From NCBI GenBank assembly GCA_034101145.1, contig JAXEKG010000002.1, positions 12,604 to 76,603 of the forward strand: 64,000 nt of DNA, given 5' to 3'. The stretch's first letter is position 1, and each line of letters starts with the position of its first letter. Positions 1-9,530 of the stretch are shown here, one piece after another. The translations under genes were made by a program, and so were the position numbers. Source of the DNA: Eubacteriales bacterium (GTDB taxonomy: Bacteria; Bacillota; Clostridia; Oscillospirales; CAG-272). Under the pieces are notes generated by a model. That model worked only from the letters and a program-made list of their open reading frames with translations. It was not told where the DNA came from and did no database searches.

Positions 1-966
1 AAGAGAAAAGAACGCAAGAGACTCACCGAAGGGCTTGCAATAGGCGGGGCGTATTTGACGGTTATCATCGTCGTGTTCGTGTTTGCATTCTCAATAGCAC
101 CGGTGATATCGTCCGACGTCACAAATTTTTCAAATGAAGTCGGCCCGAAAATAACGAATTATATTGAGAAAATGCAGAACTATAAATCTCAGAACGAATA
201 TTTTGAGATAATATACAATAAAGTCGCAGAGGTTGTGAATTTCAAGAATTTTTTGGAAATTATTGATCCGAAGACGATTTTCTCTATAATAACCTCGATT
301 ATGAGCGAGTTATATAACATAATTATCGGTCTTATTATCTCCATATATCTGATAATATCCAGAAAACAGTTCGCAAATATATTCGGTAAACTGTTTATGG
401 CGATATTTTCCAAGAAACGTACGAGGAAAATAACGGTATTATTAAACAAGCTCTACTCCAACTGCACGGAATATCTCTCAAGCAGAATGATAAGTTCTCT
501 GTATATTGCCTGCTTATGCTACGCGATATGCTGGATAATCAAGATGCCGTTCTATTCTCTCATCGCTCTTTTAGTCTTTCTCGGAAATCTTGTTCCCGTA
601 TTCGGGCCGACCGTTGTCACTATGGTATGCGCTCTGTTTATGCTCATATATAAAACCGGCTCACCTGACTGGTACTATACTGTTCTGCTCATAGCAGTAA
701 TTGTTGCGGTGCAGTTATTTGATTCAATTTTCATTGAAAAGACGATGTTAAGCCGTCGTTTGAGACCGAATATCGGCGTAACAATAGTCCTCGTAATAAT
801 ATCGTTCCTCATTGCCGGAATCATCGGAACCTTGATATGCATACCCGTATATGCAACTTTATATTCAGAATTCAGAAACAAATTCAGCAAAATTCTTAAA
901 AACAGGGATAAAGAAACAATTAAGTCAGGCGATGACAACAATAATGCCGACGGTAAAACCGTATAA
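1..966 (+). CDS. AI-2E family transporter (PerM/YtvI-like membrane protein), 5' end cut by the window edge
   Basis: Frame 1 is open from base 1 (KRKERKRLTEGLAIGGAYLTVIIV...), so the TTG at 55 is probably internal. Multi-TM protein with the LGNLVPVFGP region typical of this family. Stop at 964-966. Confidence 0.75.
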   Translation, partial: KRKERKRLTEGLAIGGAYLTVIIVVFVFAFSIAPVISSDVTNFSNEVGPKITNYIEKMQNYKSQNEYFEIIYNKVAEVVNFKNFLEIIDPKTIFSIITSIMSELYNIIIGLIISIYLIISRKQFANIFGKLFMAIFSKKRTRKITVLLNKLYSNCTEYLSSRMISSLYIACLCYAICWIIKMPFYSLIALLVFLGNLVPVFGPTVVTMVCALFMLIYKTGSPDWYYTVLLIAVIVAVQLFDSIFIEKTMLSRRLRPNIGVTIVLVIISFLIAGIIGTLICIPVYATLYSEFRNKFSKILKNRDKETIKSGDDNNNADGKTV

Positions 967-1012
967 CAAACACGAAAGCCGTGAAAAAATATAATATTTT
1001 TCGCCGTAAATA

Positions 1013-1041
1013 TTGACATATATATATTTATATGATATAAT
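1013..1041 (+). promoter_or_regulatory. Sigma-A type promoter of the rpsF-ssb-rpsR operon
   Basis: TTGACA (1013-1018), a 17-nt spacer, then TATAAT (1036-1041), about 80 nt upstream of rpsF. Confidence 0.6.
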
Positions 1042-1118
1042 TTTGATTTGGTACGGGCCTATGGCTCGTCTCCTTGCCGTTTCAATAACGGCCAAAGTCC
1101 ATAAGGAGGTGTATATAA

Positions 1119-1472
1119 ATGGAAGAGAAGCTCAATTCTTACGAGACCTTATTCGTCATTGCCCCGAATCTTTCCGAAGAAGATACAAAGGCACTTGTCG
1201 AAAAGTTCACTGCCATCATCGCGGATGAAGGAAACGTAGAATCTGTAAAAGAGTGGGGAAAGCGCAGACTTGCTTATCCTATCAACGATTTTACCGAAGG
1301 CTATTATGTTCTCGTTAACTTCAATGCGAAGGCTTCTTTGCCCCTCGAACTCGAGCGTGTATTCGGTATCACCGACGGTATTCTCCGCTCTATCGTAGTT
1401 CGTTCGGAAGCGAAGAAAGCAGAGGCTGCTCCCGCCGTTGCCGAAGAGCCTGCAACGACCGACGCAGAATAA
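1119..1472 (+). CDS. rpsF: 30S ribosomal protein S6
   Basis: YETLFVI...EWGKRRLAYPI...GYYVLVNF signature; RBS AAGGAGG upstream; classic rpsF-ssb-rpsR order. Confidence 0.97.
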   Translation: MEEKLNSYETLFVIAPNLSEEDTKALVEKFTAIIADEGNVESVKEWGKRRLAYPINDFTEGYYVLVNFNAKASLPLELERVFGITDGILRSIVVRSEAKKAEAAPAVAEEPATTDAE

Positions 1473-1490
1473 CAAAGGAGATATTGGAAA

Positions 1491-1940
1491 ATGGCGAATT
1501 TCAACAAGGTAATCCTTGTAGGCAGACTTACAGCAGACCCTGAACTGAAGCAGACACCAAACGGTGTTTCCGTCTGCAGTTTCACAATTGCGGTCAATCG
1601 CAGGTTTGCACGCGCTGAACAAGGACAACAGACAGCGGATTTCATCAATATTGTCGCATGGAGACAGCTCGCTGACTTCACGGCAAACCATTTCAAAAAG
1701 GGCAGACCGATGCTTGTATGCGGACAGTTGCAGACAAGGTCATGGACCGACAACAACGGTCAGAAGCGTTATGCTACCGAGGTGGTTGCGGATGAAATAG
1801 AATTCGTTGACTCTAAGAACGATGCTCAGCCGTCGTCCGGTTCTTCATATACGCCGGATGCTTACGGTGCGCCGTCTTTCAACAATACATCATCAAACAC
1901 CTTTGAGGCTGTTGAAGATGATGAAGGACTTCCGTTTTAA
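1491..1940 (+). CDS. ssb: Single-stranded DNA-binding protein
   Basis: OB-fold N-terminus (NKVILVGRLTADPELK...TADFINIVAWRQLAD), low-complexity linker and acidic DDEGLPF tail; RBS AAAGGAG. Confidence 0.95.
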   Translation: MANFNKVILVGRLTADPELKQTPNGVSVCSFTIAVNRRFARAEQGQQTADFINIVAWRQLADFTANHFKKGRPMLVCGQLQTRSWTDNNGQKRYATEVVADEIEFVDSKNDAQPSSGSSYTPDAYGAPSFNNTSSNTFEAVEDDEGLPF

Positions 1941-1988
1941 CGGAAAACATTTTATGACTCGCAGAGTCGGAAAGGTCAGGATTGTGTG

Positions 1989-2237
1989 ATGGATAAGAAT
2001 GAAACACAGCGTTCCTTCCGTAATATGCATAGAAAGAAGAAAGTTTGCGCTTTCTGTACAGATAAAGTCGATTATATTGACTATAAGGATGTAGCAAAGC
2101 TCAGAAAGTTTATAACCGAGCGTGCTAAGATTCTTCCCAGACGTGTGTCCGGTACTTGTGCAAAGCATCAACGCGAGCTTACGACCGCAATCAAGCGTGC
2201 TCGTGTAGTTGCTCTTCTTCCCTATGTCGGAAACTGA
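1989..2237 (+). CDS. rpsR: 30S ribosomal protein S18
   Basis: [45 protein letters not shown]. The ORF track starts at GTG 1986; the adjacent ATG at 1989 is the more likely start. Confidence 0.95.
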   Translation: MDKNETQRSFRNMHRKKKVCAFCTDKVDYIDYKDVAKLRKFITERAKILPRRVSGTCAKHQRELTTAIKRARVVALLPYVGN

Positions 2238-2303
2238 GGAACAAGGAATTAAAAATATTAAAAGCGGAGAGTTTGCGTCATGCATGTTCTCCGCTTTATA
2301 AAC

Positions 2304-2330
2304 AAAAAATGCCCTTTGGGGCATTTTTTG
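2304..2330. terminator. Bidirectional intrinsic terminator between convergent rpsR and the zinc-ribbon gene
   Basis: AAAAAATGCCC-tttg-GGGCATTTTTT. A perfect hairpin flanked by an A-run and a T-run, so it reads as stem plus U-tract on both strands. Confidence 0.7.
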
Positions 2331-2345
2331 CGTTTAGGTGACGGT

Positions 2346-2621
2346 TCAGTCAGCTTTTCTGGCAGCATAGCATTCGCTGCAATATACAGCCTTACCTTCG
2401 GTAGGATTGAAAGGCACCTTACAAGGCTTGCCGCATTCTGCGCATACAGCGTCAAACATCTCTCTCTGAGCTTTAACGGCATTCTTCCTTGCTGCACGGC
2501 ACTCTTTGCATCTCTGAGGCTCGTTCTGGAATCCCTTTTCTGCATAGAACTCCTGCTCGCCCGCAGTAAATACGAAATCTTTACCGCACTCCTTGCATTT
2601 CAATGTCTTGTCCTGAAACAT
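2346..2621 (-). CDS. Small double zinc-ribbon protein (zf-trcl-like N-half plus CxxC-x17-CxxC C-half)
   Basis: KCKECGKDFVFTAGEQEFYAEKGFQNEPQRCKECR followed by CAECGKPCKVPFNPTEGKAVYCSEC. Four CxxC pairs; RBS GAGG upstream. Confidence 0.8.
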   Translation of the reverse strand: MFQDKTLKCKECGKDFVFTAGEQEFYAEKGFQNEPQRCKECRAARKNAVKAQREMFDAVCAECGKPCKVPFNPTEGKAVYCSECYAARKAD

Positions 2622-2735
2622 TTGCTTTACCTCGCTTTGATAGGTTAATAAAATTTGCCCTTAGACGGATTTTAACCGACACCTTTGAATACAACGCTCT
2701 GAATTAAGCTACACGGGCATATAAATATCAATTGT

Positions 2736-3305
2736 TTATTTCAAAAATCCTCTTAACTTAACCGTGAAACGCTGCACTGCATTTTCAACCGATTTTTCCG
2801 AACGGCTTAAGGCCAATGATATTTGAGATATCGAATAGCCGTTAATATAGCGGTTAAATACGTCAAGCTCATAGCCCGACAGGGTTTCTTTTATTGCTCG
2901 ATACACATTCTCCGCTTCCTCATTTTCAATAAGATGGTCACGGGATTCTGAAAAATCCTCTTGTACCGTTCTTATTTCATCGAGTGAGCAGACGTTTATA
3001 TCATTTTTCTGTTTTCTGAGAACGGAAATAAGCCTTCTTCTGATACATATTTTTGCATATAAACCAAATGTTACTTTTCCGTTGTCAATATCGTATGTTT
3101 TTGCGGCATCTATAAGAGCGAGCCGTGCATCCTGCGCAATACTCTCGCGTTCAAAGTAAGATGAATTATGTGAAAATCTACCGACCTCAGAAGATATGAG
3201 CGGTTCAAACAACGACAAAAGGGACGCACACGCACGTTCGTCTCCGCGACGGACGTTAACTATCATATCGTTCACCCTACCGTTATCGGTATCTATATAA
3301 CTCAT
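2736..3305 (-). CDS. Sigma-70 family RNA polymerase sigma factor (short, regions 2 and 4 only)
   Basis: 189 aa. The region 2-like segment is DARLALIDAAKTYD...FGLYAKICIRRRLI. The C-terminal HTH is GYSISQISLALSRSEKSVENAVQR. Confidence 0.8.
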   Translation of the reverse strand: MSYIDTDNGRVNDMIVNVRRGDERACASLLSLFEPLISSEVGRFSHNSSYFERESIAQDARLALIDAAKTYDIDNGKVTFGLYAKICIRRRLISVLRKQKNDINVCSLDEIRTVQEDFSESRDHLIENEEAENVYRAIKETLSGYELDVFNRYINGYSISQISLALSRSEKSVENAVQRFTVKLRGFLK

Positions 3306-3536
3306 AGCACTTCCAAAATATTAAACTATAATAATTATATCATCAAGCGCAAAAATGTCAATAGCTTTGTTAACTTTTTTTTACAATTCTAAATACTTTT
3401 TTATGCGCTTTATACTATTTGCGAATAACAAACGACAATATTTTGTATATTATAACAATATACAACATTATCCCTGTTTTTTGTTATAATGGAATTTGTA
3501 TTATTGATAAACACGGAAATATTTTTGATGTTTTAG

Positions 3537-4100
3537 TCAATTCATGAAATAATCAATATCTCCGCTCGCCATGCTCAAAAACGCGCGGTATATATCATCG
3601 GGCTTTTTTTCAAAATTCTTTTTAATTTTTTGAGCTTCTGTCATTCCGGACAGCCTGATTTCAAAACAAAAAAGTTTACCGTCGCTATCCGTCATACGAG
3701 CCGTGAGAAGCACCTTGTTGTTTTTTACTTCCTCAATATGGCAGTCGAATCGTGCTCCCCGCTCATGAAGAGAAAGTATCTTCGCTGCAGTTTTTGCACT
3801 TTTCTCTCTGATAGAAGCAAGAATAGAATCACCTAGTTCATGTGCGACCAGACGCCCCTTCTCCGAAATAATGTAGTAGCTCTCTGCCCCTTCATAAGGC
3901 TTATCTTCTATGATAAGGCCAAGCTCGGTAAGCTCCGAAAAACATTCGGCAAAATCAAAACTGCGGATATAACCGCACTCTATCATAATATCGTTGATAG
4001 TTGAATATTCGAGAGGTGAATTAATATAGTCCAGCAAAAACAGTATAAAAATCTTAACGTCGGTTTTGCTTGTCAGGTATCCGTCGCCCATTATTTTCAT
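3537..4100 (-). CDS. DUF4364-like protein (putative winged-helix regulator)
   Basis: N-terminus DVKIFILFLLDYINSPLEYSTINDIM... resembles DUF4364 family openings as I recall them. Not verified by search. Confidence 0.5.
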   Translation of the reverse strand: MKIMGDGYLTSKTDVKIFILFLLDYINSPLEYSTINDIMIECGYIRSFDFAECFSELTELGLIIEDKPYEGAESYYIISEKGRLVAHELGDSILASIREKSAKTAAKILSLHERGARFDCHIEEVKNNKVLLTARMTDSDGKLFCFEIRLSGMTEAQKIKKNFEKKPDDIYRAFLSMASGDIDYFMN

Positions 4101-4183
4101 AATAAAAAAACATCTCCGTAATTTTAGGGGGGCTGCTTATTCAGAACAGCCGGTGAACGAATAAACAACCCCGCGAAATATCA

Positions 4184-6097
4184 TTATTCTTTATTTGTTT
4201 TTTCGACATCGACTTTCAGATTTGCATCTGTGAAAATCGGAAGTCCGTAATAGTTAACATCGATGCTCTTGAGCTCTTTGTGCTGAAGATAGAAGTTCTG
4301 ATTGAAATACAACGGTATTATCGGCATATCTTCCATGAGCTTCTTTTCTGCCTCGTGAAGAATTATCGCTCTCTCATTCAAATCCTTTTCGGCATATGCG
4401 CGGTTGAGTATCTCGTCATATGCAGCGTCTGTATATCCGCTCGAATGGTGTTTGATTTCATTCTTGGAGAGCTTCGTTGTCGGGTCGAGTGAGAAGTCGC
4501 ATCCGTTACCGTTCATATCGGATGTGAAACCTGCAAGAACGGTAAACGCATCCGTCGAAAGCATATTATAGTCAATCGCCAGAATATCATAGTTTCCGCT
4601 GACATATGCGTTCTTCACATCGTCCTCGTTATACTCAACGTACTGAATGTTGCCCTTTTCGTCTACCATGCCCTCATCGGCTTTGCCGACGGTATAGGTG
4701 AGTATCTGTATTCTTATATCGAGTCCGAGGTCAATCCACTGCTGAGCAACGTATCTTGCTACTGCAATATCTTCTTCGTTGTTCTTACACTTTATTGTAT
4801 ACGTTTCGTACTTGTCGAAGGTTCCTGCGCTTTGAGCTGCGTTTATTGCGTCTCTTGCACTGCTCTTCTGCTCGTCGGTAACCTTTGTGGATATAATATC
4901 ACCGCCCTCTTTACGGAAGTCGTATTTTTTCTTTGTTCCGTTGAACAGTCCGTAGGATACAAAAGCAGTGGCAGGTCTTCCGAATGTTGTTATTTCATTC
5001 ACAATATGTTCCCTGTCTATTACAGAGGAAAGCGCAACACGTACTTCCTTGGGAAACTTATTACAATTCATAACGTAGGTGTACGTGGACATAGAATCGG
5101 TAAGTGTGAGCAGCTTGCTGTCCTTATAATTCTTTCTGGCTTCAAGTGAAAGGTCTCCTACATAGAAGAGCGTGTCGTTTTCAAATTGTTCGAGAGCCTT
5201 ATCGAGCCAAAGCTTACTGTACTGCATAAAGTATTCTGCAGAAGTGAGGCTCGCACTGCCGAACTGGGACGATGACCAATAAAGCCCCTCGTACTTAGAA
5301 TCCACCTTGCCGTCGTGCCATGCCGTCTGAACAGCATAAGGACGAACATATTTATCAATGGCCGAGGAGGATTCGGGGTCTCTGTTATAATACTTATTGC
5401 GTGTAACGGTGAACGTACCGGTTGCATAGTCGATATATCCGAAGGTAAAGGCTCCGTTGGTTACTACGGTGGCTTTTCTCTTAGACCAGTAATCTTCTCT
5501 CTGTGAAACAACGTCTTCGCGAAGAGGTGTAAGAGCTACACTGGTAAGATTGCGGAGGAAACCGTCGTAATCCACGTTTTCGTTTTCAAAGTAAATTTTT
5601 ATGATTTTGGTACCGTCAAGCTCTACTCCGAGGTCGTCTACAGTGACGGTGTTTCCGTCTTTATCTTCGCCGCGCTTGATATCAAGTGCATTCTTTATCT
5701 CGTAGAGCATTGCTGCGGCATTATTCCTGATGTTCGGGTCGAGTATTCTCTTCCATGCGAAAGCAACGTCCTCGTTTGTAAGAGGCTGACCATCGCTCCA
5801 AAAAGTATCGGAGAGAGTTATTGTCATTGAATTTTCGTCTTCATCAATCGAATAATCGTCCGCAAGTCCGCCCTTTACCTTTCCGTTATCTTTGAGAATA
5901 AAAAGCGGCTCATATACGAGATTGAAAATGTCGAGCGCTTCATCGTCCGTAAAAGCAAGCGAAGGGTCGAAGTCATAAAGACTGCTGACGTAATATGCAT
6001 TTATCGTCTTTCCTTCTCCGTTCGAGCACGAAGCCAGAATAAAAACAGATGAGAGCAGCATAATAATTGTCATTACGACTGCCAAAACTCTCTTCAT
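4184..6097 (-). CDS. ABC transporter substrate-binding lipoprotein, peptide/nickel (family 5) type, with no adjacent permease genes
   Basis: Start moved to ATG 6097, which has RBS GGAGGA 7 nt upstream. Signal peptide MKRVLAVVMTIIMLLSSVFILASC with lipobox Cys. Large SBP_bac_5-like body. Confidence 0.85.
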   Translation of the reverse strand: MKRVLAVVMTIIMLLSSVFILASCSNGEGKTINAYYVSSLYDFDPSLAFTDDEALDIFNLVYEPLFILKDNGKVKGGLADDYSIDEDENSMTITLSDTFWSDGQPLTNEDVAFAWKRILDPNIRNNAAAMLYEIKNALDIKRGEDKDGNTVTVDDLGVELDGTKIIKIYFENENVDYDGFLRNLTSVALTPLREDVVSQREDYWSKRKATVVTNGAFTFGYIDYATGTFTVTRNKYYNRDPESSSAIDKYVRPYAVQTAWHDGKVDSKYEGLYWSSSQFGSASLTSAEYFMQYSKLWLDKALEQFENDTLFYVGDLSLEARKNYKDSKLLTLTDSMSTYTYVMNCNKFPKEVRVALSSVIDREHIVNEITTFGRPATAFVSYGLFNGTKKKYDFRKEGGDIISTKVTDEQKSSARDAINAAQSAGTFDKYETYTIKCKNNEEDIAVARYVAQQWIDLGLDIRIQILTYTVGKADEGMVDEKGNIQYVEYNEDDVKNAYVSGNYDILAIDYNMLSTDAFTVLAGFTSDMNGNGCDFSLDPTTKLSKNEIKHHSSGYTDAAYDEILNRAYAEKDLNERAIILHEAEKKLMEDMPIIPLYFNQNFYLQHKELKSIDVNYYGLPIFTDANLKVDVEKTNKE

Positions 6098-6280
6098 ATG
6101 TAAATCCTCCATGGGTATTTTAATTATTTTATAAATAATTATAGCATTAAATATAAATAATATCAACGGGAAAATATATTTGTTTTCAATCTTTGTGTAC
6201 TTGCACAAAAACGTTTGCATTAAATTGTGCAAAAACTACAAAGTCAAATATTTGAAATACCAAAGAAAAGAGGAAAAGCA

Positions 6281-7183
6281 ATGTATCCGAGTTTTGTCAG
6301 AACAGATCTTGCATGTGAAAGAAGGCGTGCGGACACAAATATCAAAGGGATTGACTACACGGAAAATACGGACGCCGACAACATAACCGAGAGCCGACTT
6401 AAAATCTCAACCCAAGAGGGAGCCGAATCTGTCGGAAAACCTATCGGAAACTATATCACAATAGCTTTCCGAAAAGAAATGCTTCTCTCAAAATCAACGT
6501 CAGGGAGAATCATGAAAAAATTCGCGGATATACTTTCTTATGTTTTTTCATCGCTGACGGGAGAAAAAAGCATAAAAAACTGCTCTGTTCTTGTAGTCGG
6601 GCTGGGCAACAGAAACATAACCTCCGACGCCATAGGGCCCGCCGTTGCCGACCGAGTAAACGCAACTCACCATATCAAAATTCAAAAACCCGAATTATTT
6701 GAAAGTATGCAATGCGCCTGTGTCGGAGTATGCACTCCGTCTGTTATGTCGCAAAGCGGATTCGAAAGTTCATCCCTGATATATGCGGCAAAAGAGCTTA
6801 TATGCCCCGATGCCATTATAGCAATAGATGCGTTGAGCGCACGCTCACAGCAAAGACTGATGACGACAATACAGATATCGGACAGCGGAATATGCCCCGG
6901 TTCCGGAGTCGGAAATCATCGTGCGGCGATAGATAAGGAAAGCATGGGAGTGCCGGTAATATCGGTAGGAGTGCCGACGGTGATAAGCTCATCTGCCTTC
7001 ATATTCGATTTTATAAACGAAATGAACGGCAAAAAGATTCCAAACGAAGTAAAAACCCTGATAGAAAAAAGCGACTCGATGTTTCTCACATCGGACGACT
7101 GCGACATACCGATACGTCGAATATCTGAAATAATCGGAGACGGAATTAACAGCCTCACAAACACTCTCGACTTTGACAGTTGA
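6281..7183 (+). CDS. gpr: Germination protease (GPR endopeptidase)
   Basis: RTDLACE near the N-terminus, VVGLGNRNITSDAIGP, IIAIDALSARS, IQISDSGICPGSGVGNHR. All match the B. subtilis Gpr blocks. Start moved to ATG 6281, which has an RBS. Confidence 0.92.
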   Translation: MYPSFVRTDLACERRRADTNIKGIDYTENTDADNITESRLKISTQEGAESVGKPIGNYITIAFRKEMLLSKSTSGRIMKKFADILSYVFSSLTGEKSIKNCSVLVVGLGNRNITSDAIGPAVADRVNATHHIKIQKPELFESMQCACVGVCTPSVMSQSGFESSSLIYAAKELICPDAIIAIDALSARSQQRLMTTIQISDSGICPGSGVGNHRAAIDKESMGVPVISVGVPTVISSSAFIFDFINEMNGKKIPNEVKTLIEKSDSMFLTSDDCDIPIRRISEIIGDGINSLTNTLDFDS

Positions 7184-7314
7184 CAATGCTTTGGTTTTCA
7201 TAACATTATACTCAAACGGGAAATTATTATCCGTTTTTCAAAAAATGTCATAATAATTGAACTGTGAAAATATAGTATAGCAAGAAAGTCAGGTGCAGTT
7301 TAGGAGGAAAACCA

Positions 7315-8790
7315 ATGACGAATACAAATATTTATCACGACATTGCCAAAAGAACACACGGAGACATTTATATCGGAGTCGTGGGGCCTGTCCGCAGCGG
7401 AAAATCAACTTTTATAAAAAGGTTCATGGAAGAAGCGGTTATTCCTAATATAAACGATTTCTACGACAAACAAAGGACCGTAGACGTAATGCCGCAATCC
7501 GCGGACGGGCGCGCGGTTATGACGACGGAGCCGAAGTTTATACCGGATGAGGCTGTGAAAGTAAATATCGGCAACAACATGCTGAACGTAAAAATGATAG
7601 ACTGCGTCGGATATGTTATACCTGAGGCTATTACAAACGCCGATGACGGTACGGCGAGAATGGTTATGACGCCGTGGTCAAAGACACCTATGCCGTTCAC
7701 TGAAGCGGCGGAAATCGGCACAAAGAAAGTTATACGAGACCACTCTACAATAGCTATGATGATAACTACGGACGGAACGATAGGCGAGTTTCCGCGTAAA
7801 AACTACGAGGAAGCGGAAATGGCTGTGGTTTCCGAACTCAAAAAAAGCGGAAAGCCGTATGCAATAATTATCAACTCGTCAAATCCATCTTCCGAGGAAA
7901 GTGTAAAACTCGCATACGAGCTTGAAAACAAATACGGTGCGCCTGTTGCTCTTATTAACTGCATGAAGATGGACTCCGAAGACATTGAACATATACTCGC
8001 CCTCACACTCGATGAATTTCCCGTGCTTGAAATGAAGTTCACCATACCTGCCTGGGCACGTAACCTGCCCTCAGATCATTGGCTGAAAAAGGATATAATT
8101 AACACGGTACGTTCTATAGCCGACGGAGTATCCAGAATGGGTGATATAGCAAGAACCGTGGAAAACCTACCCGAAAATAAGAATATAGAGAGCATAAAGA
8201 CGGTATCGGTATCAAGCGGAGACGGAGTTGCATCTCTCAACATAAACCTGGACGGCAATCTTTATTACAAGGTACTGAGCGAGCTTACGGGATTCGAAAT
8301 CAAAGACGATGCCGCACTTATTTCCATAATAGAAGACCTGGCGAAAACAAAACGTGAATACGACAAGGTTGCCGAGGCAATCGCGGAGGTAAATGAAAAG
8401 GGATACGGAATAGTCATGCCCGACGTCGACGATCTTCGTTTGCAGGAGCCTCAGATTATCAAAAAGGCAGGCAGTTACGGCGTAAAGCTACGTGCCGCCG
8501 CTCAGTCCGTACATATGATAAGAGCCGATATAGAAACTGAGATAAACCCTATAGTGGGGACGGAGGAGCAATCCGAAGAACTTGTAAAATATCTGCTCCG
8601 GGAATTTGAGGAAGACCCGAAAAAGATATGGGACTCCAATATATTCGGGAAAAGCCTCTATGAGCTTGTGAACGAAGGTCTGCATGCAAAGCTTGAGCAC
8701 ATGCCCGAGGAATCGAGAGAGAAGCTCTCCGAGACGCTCGAGAGAATAATAAACGAGGGGAGCGGAGGACTCATCTGCATACTTCTCTAA
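7315..8790 (+). CDS. spoIVA: Stage IV sporulation protein A (spore coat morphogenetic ATPase)
   Basis: IYIGVVGPVRSGKSTFIKRFME Walker A; 491 aa, typical length; RBS AGGAGG. Confidence 0.95.
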   Translation: MTNTNIYHDIAKRTHGDIYIGVVGPVRSGKSTFIKRFMEEAVIPNINDFYDKQRTVDVMPQSADGRAVMTTEPKFIPDEAVKVNIGNNMLNVKMIDCVGYVIPEAITNADDGTARMVMTPWSKTPMPFTEAAEIGTKKVIRDHSTIAMMITTDGTIGEFPRKNYEEAEMAVVSELKKSGKPYAIIINSSNPSSEESVKLAYELENKYGAPVALINCMKMDSEDIEHILALTLDEFPVLEMKFTIPAWARNLPSDHWLKKDIINTVRSIADGVSRMGDIARTVENLPENKNIESIKTVSVSSGDGVASLNINLDGNLYYKVLSELTGFEIKDDAALISIIEDLAKTKREYDKVAEAIAEVNEKGYGIVMPDVDDLRLQEPQIIKKAGSYGVKLRAAAQSVHMIRADIETEINPIVGTEEQSEELVKYLLREFEEDPKKIWDSNIFGKSLYELVNEGLHAKLEHMPEESREKLSETLERIINEGSGGLICILL

Positions 8791-8814
8791 TAAAAAGGAA
8801 AAAGAATAAAATAT

Positions 8815-8855
8815 CCGGAGGAACTTCTGTCAAAACAGAACCCTCCGGTTTTATT
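8815..8855. terminator. Intrinsic terminator between convergent spoIVA and the P-loop gene
   Basis: CCGGAGG...(inner TTCTGT-caaa-ACAGAA)...CCTCCGG followed by TTTTATT. Confidence 0.65.
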
Positions 8856-9372
8856 AAATCAATATATTTTCTTCAAGAAATTTTATAAAAATATCTTTCG
8901 TCTGTTCTAACGGCTTATCGTTTACGAATACGTAGTCGTAGTCGTATTTTTCAACGTCATCGTCAGACACGTTACCGTATGGACGGGGATGTGTTTTTTC
9001 AAACCTATCACCCCCTAAAATCAACAGGGTCTTGGCTCTTTTATCCGTCGCTCTGACAAATTTATCTATTTCCTCTCCCTCACGTATGTGAACGAACATA
9101 AGCTCGAAGTTGCCCGAAAGAAACTTATCGTACTCCTTCATCATCTGAGAGGTGGGAAAGTCGTTATATTCGATTGTAAGTCTCTTCAGATCGGACAAAA
9201 ACTTCCTTGCCTTATCATCCTTCTCTCCGTGCCACCCGCACCTCTTTGCTATCTCCTTTATCGGAGTGATGGAGGAAACGTTGTATACTCTGAATTTCTC
9301 TGCCGCCATATCGCACAGAGTATCTTTGCCGACGCCGCCTGCGCCGTTTATTACTATAACGTGTTTATCCAT
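8854..9372 (-). CDS. P-loop NTPase of unknown function (small nucleotide-kinase-like protein)
   Basis: Walker A INGAGGVGKDT at the N-terminus; 172 aa; no other motif I can assign. Confidence 0.6.
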   Translation of the reverse strand: MDKHVIVINGAGGVGKDTLCDMAAEKFRVYNVSSITPIKEIAKRCGWHGEKDDKARKFLSDLKRLTIEYNDFPTSQMMKEYDKFLSGNFELMFVHIREGEEIDKFVRATDKRAKTLLILGGDRFEKTHPRPYGNVSDDDVEKYDYDYVFVNDKPLEQTKDIFIKFLEENILI

Positions 9373-9530
9373 AAAATCACCTTTATCTTATCAACCTCAC
9401 ATACTGAAAAGATTATAACAACTATTATTTATTTTGTCAATATTCGTCGGGCTATTTACTTTTATCTTTACGTATGGTAAAATAGTAACGTCAAATATCT
9501 GTTTTCAGAAAAAGGAAGGTTGATATTTAA

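Noticed and set aside
6098-6232. 45-aa N-terminal extension of the substrate-binding protein ORF
   Set aside because: The extension is Ile/Lys/Phe-rich AT-rich promoter DNA. The internal ATG at 6097 has a GGAGGA RBS and begins a textbook lipoprotein signal peptide.
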